A program made the position numbers and the translations under genes. From Stegostoma tigrinum (Eukaryota), in assembly GCF_030684315.1 (NCBI RefSeq), contig NC_081396.1:5208001-5272000 (forward strand): DNA of 64,000 nt, read 5' to 3'. Of this stretch, positions 49,466 through 62,902 are shown piece after piece. Each line of letters starts with the position of its first letter. Within the stretch, counting starts at the first letter, position 1. Below the pieces are notes generated by a model, which was given only the letters and a program-made list of their open reading frames with translations, made no database searches and was not told the origin of the DNA.

Positions 49466-49932
49466 CCTGCATCGCACAGTCATATACTCCAGCATCCTCG
49501 ACCTCATTGAGATCAAACAAAATCGTTTTAGCCTTCTTTTCTCTGTTCGATGAAAGAGTACCGCGTCCAATTGCCAAATCACGTTGGCACATGTAGCCGA
49601 TAAATGGCAGAGGCCCTGTTAGTATTTTTCTGTACCAAATCACATTAGCATCAGAACGAAACGAGAACCAAGTGTCCAATTCAACTGGATTCCCTTCCAA
49701 AGATAGCACTTGACCAGCCTGTGAGCTTTGACTCTCATACTGAACTGCAGTAACGAAAGAAACATTCCTCAAACGTAACAAACTATAAAGGGATTGATAA
49801 AACCAGGTGCCTGATTAGAAAACTAAATTTACACAATATCAAAAATATCAGAGTTGCGAGTGGGAACAGATCATTGTAGGTCTTCCTTTTCATGATGATG
49901 AAGATGGATAGGAGGATCAATCAGGATCTCGT
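49466..49932 (-). pseudogene. TCR alpha/delta-type V pseudogene (dead leader 49887-49932; V exon 49466-49744)
   Basis: Open V frame QYESQSSQAGQVLSLEGNPVELDTW...VIWYRK...EVEDAGVYDCAMQ, lacking the first Cys. The 46-nt leader has ACG in place of ATG, an internal TGA, and GG in place of the GT donor. Confidence 0.85.
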
Positions 49933-49993
49933 TTTCAGACGAGGAATTGCTGTGAAGGCAACAACTCTCGACGACGGTGATTTGGTTGAACTT

Positions 49994-50207
49994 NNNNNNN
50001 NNNNNNNNNNNNNNNNNNNNNNNNNNNNNNNNNNNNNNNNNNNNNNNNNNNNNNNNNNNNNNNNNNNNNNNNNNNNNNNNNNNNNNNNNNNNNNNNNNNN
50101 NNNNNNNNNNNNNNNNNNNNNNNNNNNNNNNNNNNNNNNNNNNNNNNNNNNNNNNNNNNNNNNNNNNNNNNNNNNNNNNNNNNNNNNNNNNNNNNNNNNN
50201 NNNNNNN
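49994..50207. other. Assembly gap (N run)
   Basis: Run of N. Confidence 1.
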
Positions 50208-50574
50208 ATGTAGTCCTGACCAGGTGAGGACAATAGTTACTCTCCCTATAGAACATCAGATTAATGCATTATTTGAATGGGATTCATTGGCATGCATATG
50301 ACGGACGAGAAGATGTCTGTTTCATGGAGAGGTGTACTCATTCGGAAGAGGCAGAGTTCAGTGCAAAGATTTAGAGACAAAAGGACACTGAGAATGTCAG
50401 AGAAGAAACATGAACGATCAGAGGAAGTTAATGCCTACAAATCCCGTTGCTTTGTTCGCAGATGTCATCTGCTTTGACAGAGAATTGAGAAAATGCCTTC
50501 AGCCTGTCAGTAAGTGAAACCTGATCCTGGTTACACATTAACATCAGATTAGGCGGGGCAAAACATAAACCTGA

Positions 50575-51094
50575 TACCATTTGCTTTCTGTGTTCCTCGC
50601 CAGTCAGAACAGACTGTCAGGTAGGTGAGCTTTTTCCATAAATAGTGAGTGTGTTTTCCAGGAGGTGCTTTTAGTCCCTGATAAATGAATCATTTTGTAT
50701 TTTTGATTTAGTGTTGCAAAATTCATCTGCATTTATGCTCTGGAAAGGAGAACATATAAATCAGCTTGATGCTTCTTGGTAGCTTCTGCCAGGGGAACCC
50801 AAATCTGGTATATTTAGTATCCCAGGGAAATTCTGAGAGATATACTGAAGATACGGAAAGGATGGTTATAAGCCTTCAGAATTGCAAGACAGATTCGTTT
50901 TTAACTTACATAAATGAAATATCATGGTAATTTTTAGTATCTATATATTCTTAGAGCAAAAGCAGCATGTCTGCTTGTGCCCTGAAATTCTCACACTGAT
51001 GCTGAAATACAACAGATCGAGTACAAACAGCAAGCTTGTGAATTCTGGGACTGTACATGAGAAGAACTGAAGCAACATCTTTGTGCCCACAGTG
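50575..51094 (+). pseudogene. Decayed TCR V-like segment in inverted (+) orientation
   Basis: Leader-like YHLLSVFLASQNRLS G|GTAGGT (donor 50621) and acceptor at 50711. Then LQNSS/IYALERRTYKSA*CFLVASARGTQIWYI*YPREILRDIL (Cys-Trp spacing 12), LKYNRSSTNSKLV and EATSLC, followed by CACAGTG at 51088-51094. Confidence 0.4.
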
Positions 51095-52479
51095 CCAGTG
51101 GGTCATGTCAAATGTGGAATAAATGGAATCAATAATGTCCTGCGTTGGTCATGTAGTCATAATCAAACAGAGGCAAAGCTGTTACGAATACTGGGATTGT
51201 GTTAAACAGAATAAGGAGGAGCATTCTGTGAGGAGATTGATTGATTTTTTTGCACCTTCTGTGTTTTGCAAAATCAAATGCTTTTTATCATATTTTGACG
51301 TGTGTTATGAATGAATTAGATATATGGGGCAAAAACCATCATCAGACAAAGTTATCCAAACATTGAAGGCTTAATTTATTTGAAAAAAATTCGTACAGGA
51401 TAAAGAAGTGGGTGTGGGAGATGGAGCGTAAATAGCATTGTGGAAATGTGAGACACATCCAGGGTTATGATTTCTGAAGCCACTTCCCATACTGATTATG
51501 GTAGTCAAAGAACATGGGTGGTAAAGCAGGTCCAAACCACTTGGGCTTATTCTGCCACATCGTTTTCTAATCCATCTGAAGTATTTGCAATCCGTTTGAA
51601 AGTTGAAAGCCTCCTCCTCACAATCAGCTGAGGCATGTTGCAAAATTGGATAGCGTGGATGTGGGTGGGGAGGCAGGAAGTTAGAATTTCGTCTTTCTAA
51701 TGTGCTGTAGAGGAAAGCATTGTGCGATCGTCTTAAAAGGTCATATGCTTTTTTTTGCTTAGAAATATTACATGGATATCCGTGAGAAACAGTTTGAAAG
51801 TTTGCAAGTAGACAGAGAACATCCGTATTGAAGCATTTGCATTGAAAAGCTGTATAGGTGACAGGCCAACAAGCAGGTTTTACCAAGACAGCAGGCTTTT
51901 GAATTTGGCCAGCTAGTTTGACCCAGCTACTTAGGAAACACAAATCTATTAACTTTAATTCTAATGGTTTTGATGATATCGGAGCAACGATATTGCAGAA
52001 ATATTTAAATGTCATCAACGGTGAAAATGAAGTGGGCAGTTGAACAAAGCCTGAAAGAGACCTGCCAGCTGCGAAATCTAACAGCCTTCGGCTCTCAAGA
52101 GGGAGACGCTGGCTCTCCCAGCCTCCTCAGTGTCTTACATCTCAGTAACAACGTACCAATGGCACAACAAGGTTGGGCGGTGAAGGCACAGAACATCCTG
52201 GAAGACAGAATGAACACAGCAGGCTAAATAGCATCTTAGGAGCACAAAAGCTGACGTTTCAGGCCTAGACACTGCTGTGTTCGTCCAGCTCCACACTTTA
52301 TTATCTCAGATTCTCCAGCATCTGCAGTTTCCATTATCTCTGCACCACGTTTGACACTCGTTTTACAGGTTCCAGGGCGAAGTGATCCTCCTTGGGTGTT
52401 TCAATTTGAATTCTCGGGGGTTTGGGGTGGATGGGTGGGGATGTCATCCTCTGCTTTATCACAGGGACACTGCTGGACT

Positions 52480-53970
52480 GAATTCCAACGAATGAAGACA
52501 ATCATGTGATAGATGGGTCCGTGTGAGACAATTACAGGAACAGATCTCACAACTCTCCAAGTTTTGTAGCCATAATGGAAATGCTAAGGATAGTACAGGA
52601 GTTAAGTTTTCAAATTGGAGTAAAGAGATGTTCAATACAATTTGACAGGATCTGTCAAACACAGACTGGGAGCAGAAAACTGCACATAGGTCTACATTTG
52701 GAAAGTGAAAGATATTTTAAAGTAGTGCAAGGAGAATTCCGGTGTGGCAAGTTGCTCAACAAGTGAAGTTTAAAGCCAGCAAGACCAGAAGACCATGGAT
52801 ACGAGGGGATGCAATAGTCAGTTATAGGGAACGAATGAAATATCTGTCAGTTACTTTGCATGAAAACAAATTGTGCGTGCGTGTGTGTGTGGGGGTTGGT
52901 GGGGGGTGGGGTTAGCAGGAAGTGGGGTGTAGGTGGTTATTTAAAAATTAAAGAAATTAGGACATCAAATGAGAGATAGGATCAGGAAGATAAGAAGATG
53001 GGATAAGAAGATGCCAAGGCATCTCACAATTACATAAGAGTCAGAGGAATTCCATGGAAATAGAGAGGCTTTTTTAGAGGCAATTGGGAGAACCTGTGCG
53101 TGGAGCCAGTGGGCATGGGTGAGGACTTAAGTAACTGCTTCTCACCTGTATTTTCCGAGGGGAAAGATACTGTCGCTGGGGATTTCAGCTGGGGTTGTGA
53201 GTTTCTGGAAAATCGCTTATGTGGTCCCTTTGTTCAAGAAGGAAGCAGGAATAGACAGAAAATTACAGGCCAGTGCATCTGACATCAGTGGTCGGAATGT
53301 ATCAAAAAAAAGAAAATCTGAGACAGGGTGGTGAAGAAGGGAAACAGTATGCTTATCTTCATTAGTTGGGGATAGAATATAGCAGCAAAGAAGTCTTGTT
53401 ATAACTGTATAATACATTGGTTAGGCCACAGATGCAATACTGTTTGTCGTTCTCGGACACAGTATGGGAAGGATATGATTACATTGTAGAAGATTCAGGG
53501 GCGACTCACCAAAAATAAGTCTGGGATGACAAGTTTCATTGAAATTTGCTTTCATTTGATCGATGGGACTTTTGCAGGAAAGGGAACGGGATCTGATTTA
53601 AGGATAGAAAATTATCAGATGCAGAGACAGATAGGCTAGAGAGATTTTTATTTTTCGCAAGGTAGTTGCATTTAAGACAAAAATTCATAATTTTAAGGTG
53701 AGGAATAGATACTATTGAAGCGATCTGAGACAAAAGAATATCACGTCTGGAGTGGACAAATTATGAAAACTGCTGCTGAGATATTTTGTGAAGGTAGGTA
53801 TTCCCGTAACATGACAGCAGCATTTGTATGAACACACTAAATGACAGGCCATATTTGACTATGCACTAGTTGCCGGCAAATGGGATTGGTGCAAGTTAGT
53901 CTTTCTTGGTTGGCACAGACATGACAGGCCAAAGGATCTGTTTCTTTGCTGTAAGACTCTGTGACTCTAC
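52480..53970 (+). mobile_element. Degraded, internally deleted CR1 LINE
   Basis: GNLCVEPVGMGEDL..FSPVF, LVRPQMQYC and a CR1 3' tail at ~53920-53970. Confidence 0.8.
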
Positions 53971-55802
53971 TGCGCGTTTGTTAGCGAGAACCTGCCCAGA
54001 TTGAACTTTGGGATAGGGTTTCTCTATTCTCTGTTGCTGGGCATTTTGAATAAATGAACAGTGAATTGATAAAAATTGTGATGGTACACTCTTCTTCCCT
54101 CTCACTGCAAACCTCGAATTTGAAGTTTATGTATTATCACATCTATGCTCACACACATGAAGGAGGGCAGGTCCCAGGAAATAGAACATGAACAACATTT
54201 TAAACTGGAAGCACAGCAGAGAACATAAACATGGTGTTTAGTTGCAAAATTAGTGTATTCTTCATAACTGTTTGCTCAGTTACAGCAAACACCACCTTTA
54301 TATTACGTCAGTTCCACGATCATTTAAAAGAAGAGTAACTTGTATTGCACTGATTCAGAGGTCAGAACACGGAAGTCATTGCTCCCAATCCCCAGGCGAT
54401 AAGAATGGCAGAGAAGTTAGGCCCGCAAATAAAGCTAGTCCGTTATAAAACTCCGGGCTTCAGGGTAACAGCATCAGCTGCAAGTTCAACTTCCACTACA
54501 CACTATCCTGACTTAGAACGATGCGACCATGCATCAGTTTCGCTGGAAATCTAAAATTCTCCTATCTTCCACGGTCCCTGCTAACTGAACTGTGAGATTC
54601 CCCACACCACATAGACTGCAGGGCCACAGAAAGGCAGATCAGGAGCACCTCCTCTGGGAATTTTGGGATGAACAAAAATGTTGACTAAACCAACCATATT
54701 CAGGTCCCATAAAATCATAAATTAAAACAGCAGATGTGAGTTTCAACACAACCCAAATCTATAAATTAGGAAACTCCTTCCTTTGTGACTGCAGCTGTTA
54801 CTCCATTTCGAAACGATGCCATTGAATTGGAGCTAACTCACTCACTATAGCTCACGTTGCACTCTGGGGGCATAGACAATTGAGGTCAGACAAGATGGAA
54901 AAATTTTGAGGGTACAGGTTAGAACTGGGATCTTCCAATATCAAAAGCTCCTCACGTAAAGCGGACACATAGCATTGCTACTCAGAGTCTTTGTTGTATG
55001 GGAGGCATTTCTGGAAGGTAATTATGACTAAGTACATTATAGCGTTTCTCTTATTTACCAAACCTATCTTGAATCTGAATTTGAAATATGCATAAACGTG
55101 AACTTTTTCTTCTTGAATTCTTTTCTTTTTTCGCATCTGTGTCATGGAGATTCTGCCACACAGCTGCTGTCCTCAGATGATCAGGCAGAAGTAGATTCGA
55201 TGCCTTAATCTGTTCCTGAGACTTAATCTGAGGTGATTATTATTTGTTATGGTGTCGACAAAATCCAGACTTACAGCTTGAAATGTTTCTGTAGAACACT
55301 TGACCGTTAATGAACACAAAGCAGATTTTGTAAAACCGCAATCTCTGTCAAGTTCCATGCAATAAACACATTCACAAACTGAACTATACCTGGGTGGAAA
55401 CTGACTGACTCTCCAGTTGTTTACTGAGCTTCAAAAGTCTGGAACAGACAGCTGTTTGTACTCAAATTCTACTGTGAGAATATGTTTTAAATGAGATAGC
55501 AGTTGATGATTTATGTTTACCTTACATTGGATGCTGTCTGAATTCTTACCACACTCGCTCGTATTTCTGTTCATAAGACATTACACTTAGTCTCTTGCAA
55601 TTATGTACGACAATAAATGGCGGTTTTGGTGGCAATATGAAAAATCCTCAACTAAATAACTATGCTGGAGTCCTGATATCATCGATTACCATCCAAATTC
55701 TGTATGTTTGAACTGATTATTCATTGTCTCAGTTCTACATTATTAACATTTCAGAACATTGCTCACAGTTGACACAGGATAGCTAAATTTTCAAACTTCA
55801 AA

Positions 55803-58800
55803 TCATTTAAGAAATCGACGCAATGGATATTTCAGCCCATTCTTTAACTCGACTCTGAATTTGTTCTGGGATCCAGCATAAATAAATGGGTTGATGCAGG
55901 AACACAAAAATAAAAACATAAATCCATTTTCCTCGAGGATAAAAGTCGATTCACTGAAATCTGAACCAGAGAAGTAGGAAACTTTTGCAATTTGGACATA
56001 GAGAATCGTTATAAAAAATAAGAAATACAACAAGAGGAAACTGCCTGATATGGCAAAGAGTAAAACAATGGACTTCCTCCGCTTCTCGATCTCTTGGTCA
56101 TTCTGATTCTCTCCGTGGCTCTGGGCCCTGAGTCTCCTCCTGGCTCTATTGGCCACGAGAATATATCGAACGGTCAAAGCATTTAACAGTAAAATCAGAA
56201 CGAAGGGGAGAAGAGGGTTGAAAATGCAACGAATTAAATCATATGCGATCCATGCAGGTGACAGATAAAATATTAACTTTGGCTTGCAGAACCAGGGTAC
56301 ATTGTTAAATGTGTACAGAGGTTCATATATAAAATACGAAAATGCACTTTTTATAGTGCACAAAGCAGACACGATTCCTGTGACGCATGTTGCTGTCTTC
56401 TTGGTGCAGTATTTTATCTTCAGTTTCTGACATGAAATCACGACAAATCGATCAAAGGTGAAAGTAACAGTTAACCAAGTAGAGCTGTCGACGGCAGTGG
56501 AAGTTAAGACAGTACGGAGACTGCACACCGGAGTGATGGACAGGAAACTGTATGGGAAATAAATCCCAGCAATCCGGTTTAGTATTACAGAGGTGACCAG
56601 GACCAAGATATCTGACACCGCCATGGACACCAGGTAACAAATCATACACCTAGAGAGACCGCATCTTTTTTGAGACAGGATCGCAATCACAGTCAAATTA
56701 GCTGTAAAAGAAAGATGGAGGCAGAGATAAAAACAGGCGAATTACTTTATCAACTTGCATCAAAATTGTCCATTTTACTAGATTCTCTTTGAAGCACATA
56801 ACTTTATGATATTGTATACATTGCACGAAATGTAATGGTAATTGCTTTTTAAAGCAATATCCAGATTAAAAGCATATGTATTTATGGTATAAGTTACAAA
56901 GTATTTTGTTGGGTTTTTAGTAGAGACAAAGAATAATTCTAATTGTGTCAAGTATATAGAAAATAGAGTAAGGGAAGCAGAAAAAAAATACAGCAGCAAA
57001 ACATTACAGAAAATATTGAAGTTGTCAAATATTAAAACGATCATGAACGAGTGAGGACATTTTCAGGAACACGGTCAACAGCTCATTGAGGATCAAATCT
57101 GGTGCCTTATAATAAAATATGGTGCCATTATTCACTGTTGTGAATGTCAGCAATTTATTTTCAAAGATAGATCCTGAAACATACGGAGGTGTGTGACCAG
57201 TATATATTTCTCTCAGTTCTGGAAAGAAACTTGGGCAGCTGTGGAATGATAGCAACATGTTCTTCTGCTTATAGGAAGGATGTTATTAACATGGACAGGA
57301 TTCAGAAGAGATTTATCAAGATGTCGTTGGGAACTGATGCGTTTAATGACAAGGATAGGCTGCATAGGCTAGGACCTTTATTACTGAAGCGTCTGAAGTT
57401 GAGGCGTGACCTTATAGAGATTTATAAAATAATGCCAGTTATTAATAAGGAGAATAGCAAGTGTCTTTTCACTAGGATGGTCAATTTCAAAACCAGAGTA
57501 ATATTTTAACAGTGAAAGCAGAAGAATGTACAAAAGGATATGATGGGCATTTCTTTTACACCATGATTGATTCTTGTGTGGAATGAACTTCCAGAGGAAG
57601 TGATAGGCACAGATACAGTTACAATGTTTAAAAGACGTTGAGATACGTACATGAATAAAAAGTGATTGTACGGAATTGGGGCAAACGCAGGCAGGTGGGA
57701 CTACTTTCGTTTGGCATGATGGTGGGCATGGGCTGGTTGGACCATAGGATCTGTTTCCACATTGTAAGATTCTATGACTCCATCATGAGAGTGAAGACTT
57801 TCGACATTCAGTCCTGACACGCTGGGAATCAATACAGTAAATTGTATCTTCTCTGAATTGTTTCCAAATTATTTATAACATTCCTTAAGAAAGGAAACCA
57901 CTGCTGTGTGCAGTCATTCATATGTAGTCTCACAAAGTCCTTCATAACTGAATCATAACCAGCCTGCATTTGAATTCAATTTTTTTCATAAGAAACAATT
58001 ATGTTTAGCCCACTTTCCAATTTCCTGAATGCATCTGCACACTAGCCAACTTTTACACAGTTTTGTGATATTTGGTTAAGTCTGTTAATATTTTTGGCTT
58101 CTTCAGTACACTATAGAGTGTAGATCCTCTTCTTGGAATATTAATTTCGGCTTAGGATGTATCTGCCCTCTTCTTTCTGTTCTCCAACGTTCCCTTGAAG
58201 GTCTATTGTTACATCGTTATTCAGGTATCCTTTGTTAGAATTGGCCAGTTCAGTGACGAGAAGGACATTCATGTCATGATTCTACTTATTTCAGTTTCAA
58301 AGTGTAGATGTAGACCTATTCTTCTCTGCCCTAAACTGAAGGTAAAATGCAATCACATTACGATCCCTATAAAGCCGACATTATGGTGTCAATAATTAAG
58401 TCAATCTTGCTGAAGAATACACCCTTCTGCCAGCTCCATGACTGAATCTAGAAAAGGCTCAGAATCTATCCAAAAAACATTCGATGAGCTCCCAATCCAA
58501 GCTCTTTTTTTTCTCATTTGACTTTTCGAGTCTCTTGAAGATATGCCCAAAGTTCTCAGATAATCTGTAGATACTGATCAAGATGGCGATAATTCAAGAT
58601 ATTAGAAGCTCCTTGCAGTAGTAAGAAATTCTGCCTCAGCGAATATCAAATTAGAAGCATCAGCAACATTGAATGTGTAAGGGCAGAGTTGAGCTGAAAA
58701 ACCAGAGCTTGAAAACAGAAAATAAAACTGCTCTGTGTTTCGGAGCAAGTGGCAAACAACCATCCTGGAGAACCAAACCTACATGTATTTTATATCAGCT

Positions 58801-60229
58801 AACATCTTCTCGACTAATAATGACCTTTCAATAAATTCAATCACTTTTGCAATGATCCCAGACTTTCAAATCTGGGAATTACTCTGGCACTATTTGATTG
58901 ACATTATGGCGACCAGGCAACTATTCACCCGCAGTGACAGTTGTCATAAGACAATACATAATAATGCTTAATTGATTGAAACATTTTTTTCTTAATCATC
59001 CATCCTTAACTGACCTTCAAAAGACGGTGAACTGTATTTTTGAATCACGCACAACATTTTGTTTAGTTTGAATGACAATGCCACTAGTACGGGGATCAAA
59101 ATCCTGGAACATTGCCTGAAGATTTCCTGTGTCAAACTATACCTCACGATTATAAAATGTCAAAAAGGCAGCTCAGCACCACTTTTCTACGGAAAACTAG
59201 AAAATAACAATAAATGTTGTCCCAGTCATTTGTCCCACTCATTGAAAATTAATGATTTAAATGTCCCTCTCTTTAATTCAATGAAGTAGTTTTAAAACAA
59301 CTTCATCAATGTTATCACGTCAGGAGCACAATTAGTTCCTGTTCACACCTTAATAAGAAGACATTAACAGATCATTAGCATTTATTGGAATAACACACTA
59401 CATCTGGAATTTCATGTAACTAACAATGTGATCATTCGCCAATGCCAATAACACACTAGGTGTCCATTTACACTGTGATTCTAGTACTTTATGTGTCCTC
59501 AAAGTGGCAATAACAAAAAAAAATGAGTTTACACCATAATAATTTTGCACCAATTGTCCCTCAAACGCATTGCTAGTAATTACAGGAAAACAGCATTCAA
59601 TCGATGGGGAAAAAATTATCACCCGCCATGACTGCGAATAAAACAAGATAACCATGTTTCTACAGTGAGGTAGTAGGAGTAACTGGAAGAAAATTATTAA
59701 GATAGTGAAATGGCGTCTGTCTCACTGAGGCACACAAGACGTAATGGGTAAATTAGGCATTTTGCAAGAAGAAGCTATGCAGATTTTTATCTAGCTACAT
59801 ATTTCACGTTATCGGTCAATTTTTTTTCCTTATCTGATATACTTTGTGCATTTTTTCACACCATTATACTTCTAAAATCGTTTTACCTCGCTTGTTAAGT
59901 CATTGACTGAGATTTTTTTTCTAAATAAATGCTTTAATTTCTCTCATTTAAATTTTATAATAACAGTTAATCTGCATAGTTTCTTCTTGCAAAATGCCTA
60001 ATTTACCCTTTACGTCTTGTGTGCCTCAGTGAGACAGACGCCATTTCACTATCTTAATAATTTTCTTCCAGTTACTCCTACTACCTCACTGTAGAAAATG
60101 AAGATTTGATGCAGTGCACCTATAGACCACTCAGACAAGACAGAAGACATATACTTCACCCGGCACTCCGATTGCTGCAACAACTGGATAGTAAATGGCA
60201 AATACCAGACCTTTGGGTATTCCGTGCAT
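55803..60229 (-). CDS. Intact GPR139-like class A (rhodopsin-family) GPCR, 322 aa; exon 1 60160-60229, exon 2 55803-56701
   Basis: Exon 1 encodes MHGIPKGLVFAIYYPVVAAIGVP with G|GTGAAG; acceptor TTTTACAG at 56702. The 969-nt spliced ORF has seven hydrophobic segments, GVPAN (TM1), MAVSD (TM2), TM3 Cys, TFDRF, ECL2 WFC and NPFIY. Orthology to GPR139 itself is not established. Confidence 0.93.
57230..57780 (+). mobile_element. 5'-truncated CR1 3' end within the GPCR intron
   Basis: YRKDVINMDRIQKRFIKM, RRDLIEIYKIM, WNELPEEV and a CR1 tail. Confidence 0.9.
59657..60097. repeat. Near-perfect inverted repeat (129-bp arms, 183-bp spacer); MITE-like element or foldback
   Basis: 59657-59785 is the reverse complement of 59969-60097 with 2 mismatches. 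ATG flanks both ends. Confidence 0.97.
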
Positions 60230-62902
60230 TTCTATCACAGGGTCCGGGTGCATTCTGCACTTCACGGTAAAATGATCACATTTGTAGCTGGGGACAAGTC
60301 GACAGGGAGATAATTAGGCATTTGATCTTTTCCATAAATAACATGAGTTGAAACAAAACAGATCAGTGCAGTTGCTGCTCGACTGATTTTGCTGATAAAG
60401 TAGAATGAATTACATGTCATGAGCTAAAACTCAGTTCAAACATGAAATATCCAGAGATTGAAACTGGCCCAGTTGTAATTCTCCAGATAAAAGAAAGACA
60501 GTTGCCTCGATTTTGAGCCAAAAAAGGACTCTTGACCAGTCTGCGAAATACAAATTTCTTGGAAGAAATAATGATCTTCTCCCTCCTCAAAACTGTTGTG
60601 TCTGTTGATCACTAGCTAAGTGCAATGTGATTTTGAGACCATGCAACTCGCAACCCAATTAATTTCGCAAAAATTGTCGACTGGTCCCTCAAAGTACTTA
60701 CATTTGGAATGCAAGAGTTCATTCTTCATTTACACATAATGACATCTTCCCACGTCACTGCTGTTATATCCAAAGCAACAGCCCAATACTGTTATACTCA
60801 TTACGAATATATTTATTTCAACATTTCGACTTGCCCACTTCAGTTAATGCATAAGTTCAATGAAAACTGGGACAATGTTTATGTACAATTTCACGTCAGT
60901 GTAACTTTGCCCAAGATATACCAGGTCGGTTCCAGCAAGGCTCCATGCTGTCTATGCAAAATGACATCAGTTTGGCTTAATCTCAATAAAGTCAAATCCA
61001 AACTTGGTCTTTTTACGTTGGACAACAATTTGGAAAACAACAATGCTTCATCAAATAATTGAAACAGAGTCTTAAACATTGCAGGATCTGACATAAAGCA
61101 TTGTCCTTTCTGGAAAATCTGATGAAAAATCAGAAAATGTCAAAACCAGGAGAAAATTATTGAACAATCTTTCTGGGTAAAAGTTGTGCATTGCTGCTTG
61201 AACATTCTGGAACTCAGAACCCAGTCTATCGTATGCAGCAGTAATATGCAGAGCAGTTTTCTACCATGAATCATCACACAGAAAAAAAAAATTGACACAT
61301 AATTGACTGGAAAACCGCAGGTCATAACAAGAGCTCTCCATATGATATACCTCCCCAGGGTTCCTGCTCTTGCAAAAAATAGACTTTCCAACAATTGTCA
61401 ACAGATAAAAACCCATAATCTGGTTGACACTACCTATGCCACATCTTGCTTACCCACCCATTCTCAATCTATTTCCAGTATACCATTTATTTTGGCATCC
61501 TTTGTGCAGCAGGTTAACTGAGAAAACGCAACCAGCAGTCTCCTTCGGATCAAGATACAATTAAGAAATAAGGTTGTCAATAGCATTATTTTTGTGACAT
61601 GCTCCATCTGGGAGAAGGCAGGCATTGTTCTTTCATGAATAGAGTGTTTCTTCCTAAATTGGAAAATCGTGGTACACTTGTGGAGAGGCACCAACAATGT
61701 ACTCATCACTAGTGGGGGCGGGAGAGGGGGTGGTTTCGAAAGTTCAAGTTGTGGAATTGTCATCTTAAGCTCAGAAAACAAGTTTATCATGTACCTCCAG
61801 AACCTTTTATTTTTTGAATAAGTAAGCACATGAATATAAGTGATAAAAATCTGAATGACAGATCAGCCAACGGTGCTAGTATTTATTTATAGCTCTCCTA
61901 TTTATCAATCATTAACATTCTCAAATCTGTATGCTGCAGTAGAGCTCTCTCTCTCACACACACACATGTCACTCATTGATATCTGTGGAATGAACAACCA
62001 GGGGTCAATTGCCACTTTCCTCGAAGCATCGAATTCAGTCTCGAGCATTTCTGCATAATGTCTGCATATTCAGTCGCACACTCCTTTTGCACAATTACCA
62101 GAATTCTGTCAGGACCCAAAATTCTTGTGGTGTCTATTGCCTTCATCCATTAATTAATGTGATGAGGAGTAAATCAAATCATTTGAGGACACGTATTTGT
62201 GATGCTAAGTTCGCTCCAATAAAGAGCATCGATCAAATGAACTGTACATGAGGCTGTATTGGATGTCCCAAACGAACACTTTGTGTTGATATTCACGAAA
62301 GAGAAGGAATCAGTGCAGGAGGATCTCACGAAAGGCAGTGCCGAATTTCTAAGTCCAGCTGCTGTTAAAAAACAAGAGTTGTTGTGCGACTTAAAAAAGC
62401 TTGAATGTAGACAAGTCGGCAGATCCTGATGGAATCTATATCAGAATATTGAGAGATGGAAGAGAACAAATTGTTGGAGCACTGACAAATATCTTTGTAT
62501 AATATTTGGCCAAAGCTGAGGTTTCAGAGGACCAGATAGCCAATTTTGACCCTTTTTACGAGAAGGGGCAATAGAGATAATCCTATAAATTATAGATCTG
62601 TGAGATTCAAGGCCATTATAGGGAAATCATTGGAAAAGTTGCTCAGGGGCAAGATCTATGCGCATTTCTAAGCAAATGGACTTACCATAGATAGACAGCA
62701 TGATCTTGTCCGCGGGAGGTCATGCTTTACTAACTTCCTTAAGATTCTGGGAAGTGATGAAAATGGTTCATGAAGGCAAACAGAGTTCAATTCATCTACA
62801 CGGACTAATGTAAAGCCTTTGACAGGTTGATTCATGATCGACTGTTACAAAAGGTGAAGTCACATAGTATCAGGCGTGTGTTGACAAGATGGGATGCAGA
62901 AC

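Noticed and set aside
36946-50256. ORFs containing long X runs
   Set aside because: Artefacts of translating N gaps.
51371-52018. 215-aa minus-strand ORF
   Set aside because: No recognisable domain or splice context and composition like translated non-coding DNA. Long, but unsupported without expression data.
55173-55358. …HLRLSLRN…IYFCL as a V FR3 relic
   Set aside because: No upstream Cys/Trp framework and no heptamer.
61140-61394. GFPVNYVSIFFFC as a GPCR TM1
   Set aside because: No further TM motifs and no matching exon structure.
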